Assembly: GCA_007132505.1 (NCBI GenBank)
Contig: SLOM01000150.1
Coordinates: 1-45,574, forward strand
Reading direction: 5' to 3'
DNA: 45,574 bases
Source of the DNA: Candidatus Sumerlaeota bacterium
GTDB lineage: Bacteria > Sumerlaeota > Sumerlaeia > SLMS01
The notes under the pieces are model-generated. The model saw nothing but the letters and a program-made list of their open reading frames with translations, had not been told where the DNA came from and ran no database searches. Of the stretch, positions 35,778 through 43,816 are shown in pieces. The position numbers and the translations under genes were made by a program. Each line of letters starts with the position of its first letter. The first letter of the stretch is position 1.

Positions 35778-37043
35778 TCACCGGTTCGCCGGCGGTTCGA
35801 GGCGCTTTTCCAGTTCGTCGAGGATGGCGGCCGCGATGCGGTCCTTCCCGGCCAGAGGAAGCACGCGGTGAAGGCCGTCGTCACCCAGCAGGACCCCGGT
35901 GTTGTTTTCCGAGGCGAAGCCGGCCTCCGGCCTGTCCACGAGGTTGGCGAAGAGGAGCTGGAAGCCTTTGCGGTTCATCTTCTCGCGGGCGTTCTTCTCG
36001 AGGTCCTCCACCTCCGCCGCAAAGCCTACGAACACGCGGCCCGGCGGACGTGCCCGGTGGCATTCGACGGCCACGTCAGGCGTGCGCACGAGCTCCACCT
36101 GTATGGACGCCGGGGCGCCCTCCTTCTTCGGCTTGCCGGGCAGGGGTTGGGCTGGACGCCAGTCGCTGACGGCGGCGGCGAAGATCGCGGCGTCGGCCTG
36201 GGGGAGGGCCTTAAGCGCAGCGGTGCGCATTTCCTCGGCTGACTCGACGGGCACGAGCTCAATGGCCGGCTCGTCCGGCGGCGGAGCCCCACCTTTCCCA
36301 TGAACAAGAACGACCCGGGCGCCGCGGGCGGCCGCCTCGCGGGACAGAGCGTAGCCCTGCCGGCCCGTGGAGGGGTTGGTAAGGCACCGCACCGCGTCCA
36401 GGAATTCGCGCGTGGCGCCAGCCGTGACAAGGATCGTGCGGCCCGCGAGAGGACCGGCGGGCTGGGCGGCCGTCTCCTGCGCGAGGGCCACAATCGCGCC
36501 CAGGATGTCCTCCACGGCAGCCAGACGGCCGGTGCCCACGTCGTCACACGCCATGCGCCCTTCCGCCGGACCGACGAAGCGATGCCCGCGCTCACGCAGA
36601 GCTGCCACGTTGGCCTGCACCGCCGGGTTGCGCCACATCTCCGGGTTCATGGCGGGTGCGATGAGCAGCGGGCGCTTGTTCCACGCGAGCAGGAGTGTCT
36701 CCAACGCGTTGCGTCCCGTGCCATGGGCGAGCGCGGCGAGCAGATTCGCCGTGGCGGGGGCGAGCACGAAGAAGTCGGCCCACTTGGTGGCCGCAAGGTG
36801 GTCCATCTCGCCCGCATGGGGACTGTCCCAGAGCGAGAGGATGGTGCGCTGGTGGGTGATGGCGTCGAAGGCAGCAGGCCCGACGAGTTTCGGTGCGTGG
36901 TCGGAGAGCACCGCCCGCACCTCCGCACCTGCCTGGCGCAGCTGACTGGCAATGTCGAGCGCGCGGTAGGCGGCGATGGACGAGGAGACCCCGAGGAGGA
37001 TTCGCTTGCCGCGAAGAGAGCCAAGGCCGGGGGTGCTTGTCAT
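35778..37043 (-). CDS. coaBC: Bifunctional PPC decarboxylase / PPC synthetase CoaBC
   Basis: GVSSSIAAY, APATAN, APAMNPEMW, GRMAC...GTGRL, TAGATRE..DAVR.LTN.STG, AAAVSDW, VGFAAE. Confidence 0.96.
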   Translation of the reverse strand: MTSTPGLGSLRGKRILLGVSSSIAAYRALDIASQLRQAGAEVRAVLSDHAPKLVGPAAFDAITHQRTILSLWDSPHAGEMDHLAATKWADFFVLAPATANLLAALAHGTGRNALETLLLAWNKRPLLIAPAMNPEMWRNPAVQANVAALRERGHRFVGPAEGRMACDDVGTGRLAAVEDILGAIVALAQETAAQPAGPLAGRTILVTAGATREFLDAVRCLTNPSTGRQGYALSREAAARGARVVLVHGKGGAPPPDEPAIELVPVESAEEMRTAALKALPQADAAIFAAAVSDWRPAQPLPGKPKKEGAPASIQVELVRTPDVAVECHRARPPGRVFVGFAAEVEDLEKNAREKMNRKGFQLLFANLVDRPEAGFASENNTGVLLGDDGLHRVLPLAGKDRIAAAILDELEKRLEPPANR

Positions 37044-37083
37044 GACAGTCACAGTGCCGGGGGATGCCGGAGCTGGCAGGTGC

Positions 37084-37719
37084 TCACGCCTGCGGGGCGA
37101 GGACGGTGCCGAACCCGTCCCTGACCACCATCCGCGAGGCCCGGAAGCGCTGCGCCTCGATGATGGTCTTCATGTTCTCGATGGTTTCCGGCAGGTCGCG
37201 GTTGACGAGGATGTAGTCGTACTGGTCCGCCATGCGGACCTCGCCGCGTGCGTTTTCGAGGCGGCGCTGGATGGCCTCTTCGCTGTCCTGCCCGCGGCCA
37301 CGGAGGCGCTTCTCGAGTGTGGCCATGGAGGGGGGCAGGATGAAGATGGTCGTGCAGTCCCGGACCATCTTGTGCAGGCGCATGGAGCCCTGCACATCGA
37401 GGTCGAGGATGACGTCCTTGCCTGCTTCGAGCTTTGAGTCCACCTCCTCGCGCGGCGTCCCGTAGTAGTTGCCATGCACCTCGGCGTACTCGTAGAAGCC
37501 GTCCTCCTCGACGAGCTGTTTGAACTGCTCGATGGTGTAGAAGTGGTACTCGCGCCCGTCCTCCTCGCCCTCGCGGGGCTCCCGGGTGGTGGCGCTGATG
37601 GAGTAATCGAGGGAGGAGTCCGCCTCGAGCAGCGCACGGATGATGGTGGACTTGCCGCCACCGCTGGGTGCCGAGACGACAATCAGCATCCCGGTGCGTT
37701 TCAGTTCGAATTCGATCAC
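37084..37719 (-). CDS. gmk: Guanylate kinase
   Basis: VVSAPSGGGKST, SISATTREPREGEEDGREYHF, EYAEVHGNYYGT, FILPPS. Confidence 0.97.
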   Translation of the reverse strand: MIEFELKRTGMLIVVSAPSGGGKSTIIRALLEADSSLDYSISATTREPREGEEDGREYHFYTIEQFKQLVEEDGFYEYAEVHGNYYGTPREEVDSKLEAGKDVILDLDVQGSMRLHKMVRDCTTIFILPPSMATLEKRLRGRGQDSEEAIQRRLENARGEVRMADQYDYILVNRDLPETIENMKTIIEAQRFRASRMVVRDGFGTVLAPQA

Positions 37720-37754
37720 GGCGTGTCTTCCCCCGGTCCCTTCAGGCTGATGAC

Positions 37755-37784
37755 AATGTCGGGACTGGCGGGCGGAGGTGTCAA
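37755..37784 (-). promoter_or_regulatory. Putative sigma70 promoter of gmk(-coaBC)
   Basis: TTGACA-N18-GACATT, 35 nt upstream of the GTG start. Confidence 0.45.
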
Positions 37785-37845
37785 GCGATGCGCCGGGGCG
37801 GCAACCCCCTTGCTCCCGGGCTGGAGCGGACGACAGGGTTCCCCC

Positions 37846-39777
37846 ATGAGCACGAGTGCCCCCGTCCTGACCGCGCTTTCCCTTTCCAAGAGTTACCTCG
37901 AACGCCCCGTGCTGGAGGACGTGTCGTTCTCGATCCACGAGGGGGAACGGGTGGCGCTGCTCGGTGCGAACGGGTCGGGGAAGTCCACACTCCTTGGCAT
38001 CGTGGCGGGCACGGTACGGCCCGAGGGCGGCGAGGTGCGCTTCCGGCGCGAGCTGGCGGTCTCCCGGCTCCTGCAGGAGGACAGCCTGCCTCGGGAGTGG
38101 ACCATCGCCAAGGCGCTGGGCTCCGCCTTCGAGCACGTCCACCGGCTGGAGGAGGAGTTGGACCGGGTGCATCACGAGCTGGAGGCAGCACCGGGTGAGG
38201 AGGCGGGCCGGCTGCTGCAGCGGCAGGGCGAATTGCAGGAGCGCCTGCTTGCCCACGACCCGCACACCATGGAGTCCCGCAAGCAGGAGGCGATGAACGC
38301 CCTCGGCATTCCGCCGGAGGAGCGGGTCCTCGGCGAGCTGTCAGGCGGGGAACTGCGCCGGGTGGACCTCTGCCGCGTGCTGCTCGAGGAGCCGGACCTG
38401 CTGCTTCTCGACGAGCCGACGAACCATCTCGACGCCGAGACCCTCGACTGGCTGGAGGACTTCCTCGCGCGCTTCCGCGGCACCGTTCTCTTCGTCACGC
38501 ACGACCGGTACTTCCTCGACCGGGTGGCGACACGACTGCTCGAGCTTCACCGCGGCCGGGTGAAGTCCTACCCGGGGAACTACAGTGACTATATGGTGGC
38601 CAAGGCCCGGGAGGCGGAACAGGCGGAGCGCGCGGAGGGCACGCGCCGCAACCTTGTCCGGCGCGAGCTCGAATGGCTGCGGCGTCAGCCCAAGGCGCGC
38701 ACCACCAAATCCAAGGCCCGCGTTGACGCGGCAGAGGGGCTGATCTCCGCGGCACCTCCCCCGCCGGACGGAACGATGCAGCTGCTCATTCCCTCCGGTC
38801 CGCGCCTCGGCAAGACATTGCTCGAAGCGGAGGATGTATCCTACGCCATCGGCGGCAGGACACTGGTGCGGGACTTCACCTTCGTCCTCGGCCCGCGGGA
38901 CCGCGTGGGTGTGGTCGGCCGGAATGGACTCGGGAAGACGACTCTTCTTCGCCTGCTCATGAAGGACCTGGAGCCACAGCAGGGTACCATCCACCACGGC
39001 AAGAGCCTCAAATTCGTCTATGCGGATCAGGCGCGAGAGACGCTCGACCCGGACGCGACGGTGCTGGCGGAGGTGGCCGGAGACCTTGAATACGTCACCA
39101 TCGGCGGTCAGCGGATCGGCTTCCGCGGTTGGCTGGAGCGCTTCCTTTTCGATCAGCAGACCGCCAACATGCCCATCCGCCTGCTCAGCGGAGGCGAGCG
39201 CAACCGCGTCCAACTGGCCAGGATGCTGCGCGAGGGCGGGAACGTGGTGGTACTGGACGAGCCGACGAACGACCTGGACCTGCAGACGCTGCGCGTGCTG
39301 GAGGAGGCGCTGGTGCGGTTCGAGGGCTGCGCCTTCGTTGTCTCCCACGACAGGTACTTCCTGGATCGCGTGGCGACGCGCATCATCGGCTTCCGCGGGG
39401 ATGGGCGTATAGACGTCGTGGAGGGCAACTACCGCGATTACCGCGCGTATCTGGCACGTACCGCAGCCGGGGAGGAATCCGCACCGTCAAGGCCGCGCGG
39501 GGACAGGACACGCGAACAGGCCAGCGCCCCCCGGTCCGCCTCCGCCACACGCAAGCTCAGCTACAAGGAGCAACTCGAGTTCGACTCGCTGGAGGACCGT
39601 ATCCTGGAGGCGGAGGGGCGCGTGGAGGAGTTGACGGCGCTGCTGGAGGACCCGGAAACGCACCGGAGCCGCCCGGCGGAGGAGGTGGCGGAACTGGGCC
39701 GCGAGCTGGAGGCAGCAAAGGCAAGCGTGGATGAGCTGTACGAGCGCTGGGCGGAACTGGGCACCCGCGCCCGCTGA
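37846..39777 (+). CDS. ABC-F family ATPase (Uup-like)
   Basis: Two ABC cassettes (GANGSGKST/LSGGE/LLDEPTNHLD and GRNGLGKTT/LSGGE/VLDEPTNDLD), linker ELEWLRRQPKARTTKSKAR, C-terminal RKLSYKEQ...YERWAEL coiled coil, no TM segments. Confidence 0.93.
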   Translation: MSTSAPVLTALSLSKSYLERPVLEDVSFSIHEGERVALLGANGSGKSTLLGIVAGTVRPEGGEVRFRRELAVSRLLQEDSLPREWTIAKALGSAFEHVHRLEEELDRVHHELEAAPGEEAGRLLQRQGELQERLLAHDPHTMESRKQEAMNALGIPPEERVLGELSGGELRRVDLCRVLLEEPDLLLLDEPTNHLDAETLDWLEDFLARFRGTVLFVTHDRYFLDRVATRLLELHRGRVKSYPGNYSDYMVAKAREAEQAERAEGTRRNLVRRELEWLRRQPKARTTKSKARVDAAEGLISAAPPPPDGTMQLLIPSGPRLGKTLLEAEDVSYAIGGRTLVRDFTFVLGPRDRVGVVGRNGLGKTTLLRLLMKDLEPQQGTIHHGKSLKFVYADQARETLDPDATVLAEVAGDLEYVTIGGQRIGFRGWLERFLFDQQTANMPIRLLSGGERNRVQLARMLREGGNVVVLDEPTNDLDLQTLRVLEEALVRFEGCAFVVSHDRYFLDRVATRIIGFRGDGRIDVVEGNYRDYRAYLARTAAGEESAPSRPRGDRTREQASAPRSASATRKLSYKEQLEFDSLEDRILEAEGRVEELTALLEDPETHRSRPAEEVAELGRELEAAKASVDELYERWAELGTRAR

Positions 39778-39783
39778 CCGGCC

Positions 39784-40365
39784 CTAGGCGCCGTCCGGAC
39801 CGGCAGGCAGGCTGGCACGCCGGACGAAGGCAAGGCGGGTAATACCGTATAGACGCTCGTCATCGCATTCCCAGCCGGGAGGGAGCAGCAGATCCTCGCT
39901 CCGATGGACCTCGCAGACGGCGAGCGTGCCTTCCGAGACCAGCGGCGCCAGCTCCTCCGACCCGAGCACCGCCGTGCAGAGCCCGGAGTGGTAGGGTGGC
40001 ATCAGGAGCACCAGATCCACGGGCGTTCGTGGCGGCCGTGCACGGGAGAGCATCGCGGGAGAATGGCCCTCCAGCAGCTCACACTGCTGACCGTATCGGA
40101 GCCGGTCCACGTTCCACTCGAGGCAGCGGGCCGCCTCCGGTTCCGGCTCCACGAAGGTGACCCAGGCAGCGCCGTTGCTGAGCGCTTCCAGTCCGACCGC
40201 TCCGCTCCCGGCGAAGGCGTCCAGCACGATCGCATCCACAATCGAGGGCCGGAGTATATTGAGAAGCGCCTCCCGCGCGCGGCCGCGCAGGGGGCGGGTG
40301 TCCCAGCCCTCCGGCGTGCGGAGTTTCGTGCCGCGGCGCTCGCCCGAGATGATGCGGACCGTCAT
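39784..40365 (-). CDS. rsmD: 16S rRNA m2G966 methyltransferase RsmD
   Basis: RIISGERRGTKL, TRP...REALLNIL, LDAFAGSGAVGLEALSNGA, MPPY (DPPY variant), RLYG. Confidence 0.9.
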   Translation of the reverse strand: MTVRIISGERRGTKLRTPEGWDTRPLRGRAREALLNILRPSIVDAIVLDAFAGSGAVGLEALSNGAAWVTFVEPEPEAARCLEWNVDRLRYGQQCELLEGHSPAMLSRARPPRTPVDLVLLMPPYHSGLCTAVLGSEELAPLVSEGTLAVCEVHRSEDLLLPPGWECDDERLYGITRLAFVRRASLPAGPDGA

Positions 40366-41078
40366 GACTCCCCCTTTGCAACAGGGCAATGAAGCGCCTT
40401 GGCGTCCTCCACCATTAGGCGGCGCAGTGCGAGGGCGAGGGCTTCCGGATCCGTCTCCCCGTCCGTCAGGCTGAACTCCCTCAGGCGGATGGACACTCGC
40501 GAGAAGGGCAGCGGCAGGAAGAGCCTGTCCCACGACCCGAACCGAATGAACCACCGGCAGCCCACGGCGATGCTCACCACTCTGGCGCGCGACGCCCGCC
40601 CGATGCGCACGAAGCCGGGTTTCGGCACTGCTGCCGGGCCGCGCGGTCCGTCCACGGCCAGCAGCCCCACGTGCCCGGACTCGATTTCGTTGACGAGAGC
40701 AAGGGAGCCGGCAACGGCGCGGCTCTTCGAGGAACCCTTCACCACCCGCAGCCCGATGGCCTGAATGGCCGCGTCCAGCACGAGGCCATCACGGCTGGGA
40801 CTTGTCATGACGCAGGCCTCCCGTCCCAGCGCGCGGGCAATGGCCGCGTACGGCATGAGGGCGAAGAACATCCCGTGCCAGCAGAGGACGAGCAGCCGGT
40901 CGTTCTCCCGCAGCAAGCGCCGCAGTTCCTCCGCACCGGCCGGGTCCAAGCGCCACGTGCGCACCAGCAATCTCAGCAGCAGCAGGCCCACGGGAAGCAG
41001 CGCATGGGTGATGAAGGCGAACTTGACGGCCCGCCAGGAGGTGCGCTTCTTGATGGGTGCGGCCGCGGGTGGTGTCAT
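40362..41078 (-). CDS. DUF374 / lysophospholipid acyltransferase-like protein
   Basis: LCWHG, TSPSRDG, VKGSS, AVDGPRGP, SWDRLFLPLPFS. Confidence 0.88.
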   Translation of the reverse strand: MTPPAAAPIKKRTSWRAVKFAFITHALLPVGLLLLRLLVRTWRLDPAGAEELRRLLRENDRLLVLCWHGMFFALMPYAAIARALGREACVMTSPSRDGLVLDAAIQAIGLRVVKGSSKSRAVAGSLALVNEIESGHVGLLAVDGPRGPAAVPKPGFVRIGRASRARVVSIAVGCRWFIRFGSWDRLFLPLPFSRVSIRLREFSLTDGETDPEALALALRRLMVEDAKALHCPVAKGES

Positions 41079-43180
41079 TCGTACAGACGGCGCTCCTCGA
41101 GCCTCGGATCAAGCGGGACAAGCGAGGGGCTCAAGTCCAGGCCGGGCAGGAATCCCGCCTCAAGGGCAATGGGCAGGCGCTTTCGGGGAGTAGGCCGGCG
41201 GAGTTCCTCCCGCACGGATTGGGTGCGCCGCAGCGGCTCCATCAGCGCCAGCACGCGGCCGAGCTGCTCCTCCGTGAGGGGCATCTCGATGCGCCGGCCG
41301 GTGCGCCGGTCCTCGTAGCTGTATGCGCCGTATCGCAGCACGGCCAGACCATCCCGTCCGACTTCCCCCGTCCTGCGGCTTCCATCGAGCAAGTCCGGAT
41401 TCAGGTCCAGCGCATCCTCTGCCGCGAGCTGTGGCCAAGCCAGCAGCTCGCTTCTGTCTATAAGAAGGATTGTGTCGGCCTCCCGGCGCGCCTCGCGGAG
41501 GCTTGCCAGGACACGGTCCCGCCGGCGGTAGTCCGGCCATGCGTTGAGCAGGCGTTCGTAGGCGCGGAGGGCGAGCTCGGGAGTGGGTGCGTTGTCGCCC
41601 TGCCGTTCGAGGTTCCGCGCGGCACGGTGGCGCATGCGCTGCGTACGTCGTTCATTGCCGAGCCGTTCGTATAGATTTGCGGCATCCACATAGCGCGCCT
41701 CGCGCCGGAGTGCCGTGGCCAGACGCCCGCCCCACCATTCCCCCTGTGGAGTGAGGAACCAGTCCGGGTCCACTCCTGCGGCGGCGTGGGGAAACTCCGG
41801 TTCGGGGAAGGGGTCCTGAAACGGCAGGAACAGCAGCCGCGCCAGCCAATCGGTCAGGAACAGGCCCCGGGCGCGCTCGAACGTGGTCGTGCGGCGCATG
41901 CGCGCCTCCTCCGCAGTAAGGGAGCGCTCGAGCACCAGGGGATCGCGTGCATGGAGGATATACCCCCACCAGCGCCTGTTGACCGCGCGGTTGGCCTCGC
42001 GCAAGGCGGGGACGGGATCATATTCGGGCCGCTGAAGGATGTCCGCGGCACGTTCCGGCCAGCCGCCCCGGGCCAGTCGGCCCTCCTCAAGCCTCTGCAG
42101 GTAGGCTGCCGCGAGGGAGAGATTTCCTTCCGCCTGCGCCACGCCCGCCTCCGCTGCCAGCACGGCCGGAAGCACCGGCGAGCCGGGATGGTTGCGCTGG
42201 AAGTCCGCCGCGGCCCGCCGGAAGGGAGGCAGATCGTCCGCGTATTCACGCAGGATCAGGTGACGCACGATGTCCCGGTAGGCGCCGAACTCCGCGGTGG
42301 AACCGAAGGTCTCAGCTCCCTCGGCGACTTCCAGCGAGCGCGCCCGGAGTTCCCTTGCCGCGGCGAACCGGCGGAGTGCGTCCCGGTGACCGTCGCGCCG
42401 GATCCTGTCCCAATCCTGGAGCTGGCGTTCGCGCTCGTACCAAAAGACCGCCGCCCAATCCCGGCCCTGACCAGCCGCCCGCTGCGCATTCTGCCGCGCC
42501 TGCAGGGCCGAAGTCCGCGTGCGCTGGCCCGGCGAAGCATCGAGCACGCTGCGGGCCCTGTCCCGAGAAGGTCCTCCTGCCTCCACGGCAGCCGCCTCGC
42601 GGGCCAGGAAGAGCTCCCTGCGTTGCTCCGGGGTAAGGTACTGACGGCCGACGATGAGGTGTTCCGCCGCGTCGAAGGGCAGCGACAACAGGGGAAATAT
42701 CTGTCCCTGCGCGAGCGAGGTGACCGGGTTCAGCACGGCGTTGACGTTTCGCTGGAGCGACGCATACCGCCGGTCGGCCCGTGCTTCGAGGAAGCGCTGC
42801 CGGGGCTCCTCGCGCCGCAACATCTCCTCAAGGTTGCGCGTGACCTGGCTTCGCCGATAGCCGGAGAGGGTGTCGCGCTTTTCACGCACGGTGGGGAGCG
42901 GCCTGTCCACCGAGACGGAGAGCGTGGCAATGGCGCTCGAGATGGGAAGGGGAACGGTCCGCGCCGTGCGGGCCGCGTCCTCCAGGTCGCGGCGCTCCTC
43001 CGCCACATCGCGAACGGCCTCGGCATCGCCAAGGATGGCGGCCCGGAGCGCGCGCTGGACCTGCTGCTCGGTGCGGGTGAGCGCCGGCTCCTCCGGCTCC
43101 GCAACTACCGCCGTATAGACGAAGGGGGCCATCAGCAACAGCAACAGAAGCGTCGTGGGGACAGGACCAGCACGCATCAT
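41075..43180 (-). CDS. Large exported alpha-helical (TPR-like) hypothetical protein
   Basis: Signal peptide TTLLLLLLMAPFVYTAVVA, Ala/Arg-rich helical repeats (AAAYLQRL, AANLYERL, ALRAYERLL), 4-nt overlaps with both neighbours. Confidence 0.8.
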   Translation of the reverse strand: MMRAGPVPTTLLLLLLMAPFVYTAVVAEPEEPALTRTEQQVQRALRAAILGDAEAVRDVAEERRDLEDAARTARTVPLPISSAIATLSVSVDRPLPTVREKRDTLSGYRRSQVTRNLEEMLRREEPRQRFLEARADRRYASLQRNVNAVLNPVTSLAQGQIFPLLSLPFDAAEHLIVGRQYLTPEQRRELFLAREAAAVEAGGPSRDRARSVLDASPGQRTRTSALQARQNAQRAAGQGRDWAAVFWYERERQLQDWDRIRRDGHRDALRRFAAARELRARSLEVAEGAETFGSTAEFGAYRDIVRHLILREYADDLPPFRRAAADFQRNHPGSPVLPAVLAAEAGVAQAEGNLSLAAAYLQRLEEGRLARGGWPERAADILQRPEYDPVPALREANRAVNRRWWGYILHARDPLVLERSLTAEEARMRRTTTFERARGLFLTDWLARLLFLPFQDPFPEPEFPHAAAGVDPDWFLTPQGEWWGGRLATALRREARYVDAANLYERLGNERRTQRMRHRAARNLERQGDNAPTPELALRAYERLLNAWPDYRRRDRVLASLREARREADTILLIDRSELLAWPQLAAEDALDLNPDLLDGSRRTGEVGRDGLAVLRYGAYSYEDRRTGRRIEMPLTEEQLGRVLALMEPLRRTQSVREELRRPTPRKRLPIALEAGFLPGLDLSPSLVPLDPRLEERRLYE

Positions 43181-43806
43181 CCGCCCTCCCCGCCCCGGGT
43201 CTCCCGGATCAGCCGGGCGTCATCCTCCGAGAGGAATCCCGCCTGGACCATCTCCTCAAGTTCAAAATCGGACTTTGCAGCAAGGGGGGCGAGCCGGCGG
43301 GGCAGGCTCTTCTCCAGACTGGCGGGCGCCTTCGGAGGGGTACTCTCCTCTGCGGCTTTCGTGCGGGGTGATGGTTGCTGCTTCTGCTCCGGCGCGGCGG
43401 GTTCTTGTCCGGGGGCCTGCTGCGCCTCCGCTTCCTTTTCCCGGCGTGCTGTGGCTTCCATCTCTGCCAGTTGGAGGGCGGCTTCCGCCTTGGGGGGGAG
43501 CTTCCGTGCCGCTTCCTGGGCCTCGGTGCGCTCAAGGTATTGCTTGGTCATGGCGCGGCGGACTGCCTTCAGCTCCTCCTCGGTGAGCTGGCCGGAGGTG
43601 CGCAGCTTGTCGAGGTCGCTCGGGGAGATGCCAAAGGGGAGTTCGATCCTCTCCGTGCGGCGGGAGAAGTAGTGACGGAGTACGCGCGCCACCACGAAGA
43701 GGAGAATGACCGCCACCGCAACGGCGATGGCATAGATCATCAGCGTCTGTACATCCTCGTGAACGAGGAAGGTGGTGAACGCCAGGGCGCCGGCGGAAGG
43801 ATTCAC
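43177..43806 (-). CDS. Single-pass membrane protein with two SHOCT-like motifs
   Basis: TM IYAIAVAVAVILLFVVA followed by RVLRHYFSRR. DLDKLRTSGQLTEEELKAVR and ELEEMVQAGFLSEDDARLIR. Confidence 0.75.
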   Translation of the reverse strand: MNPSAGALAFTTFLVHEDVQTLMIYAIAVAVAVILLFVVARVLRHYFSRRTERIELPFGISPSDLDKLRTSGQLTEEELKAVRRAMTKQYLERTEAQEAARKLPPKAEAALQLAEMEATARREKEAEAQQAPGQEPAAPEQKQQPSPRTKAAEESTPPKAPASLEKSLPRRLAPLAAKSDFELEEMVQAGFLSEDDARLIRETRGGEGG

Positions 43807-43816
43807 CGGAAGGGCC

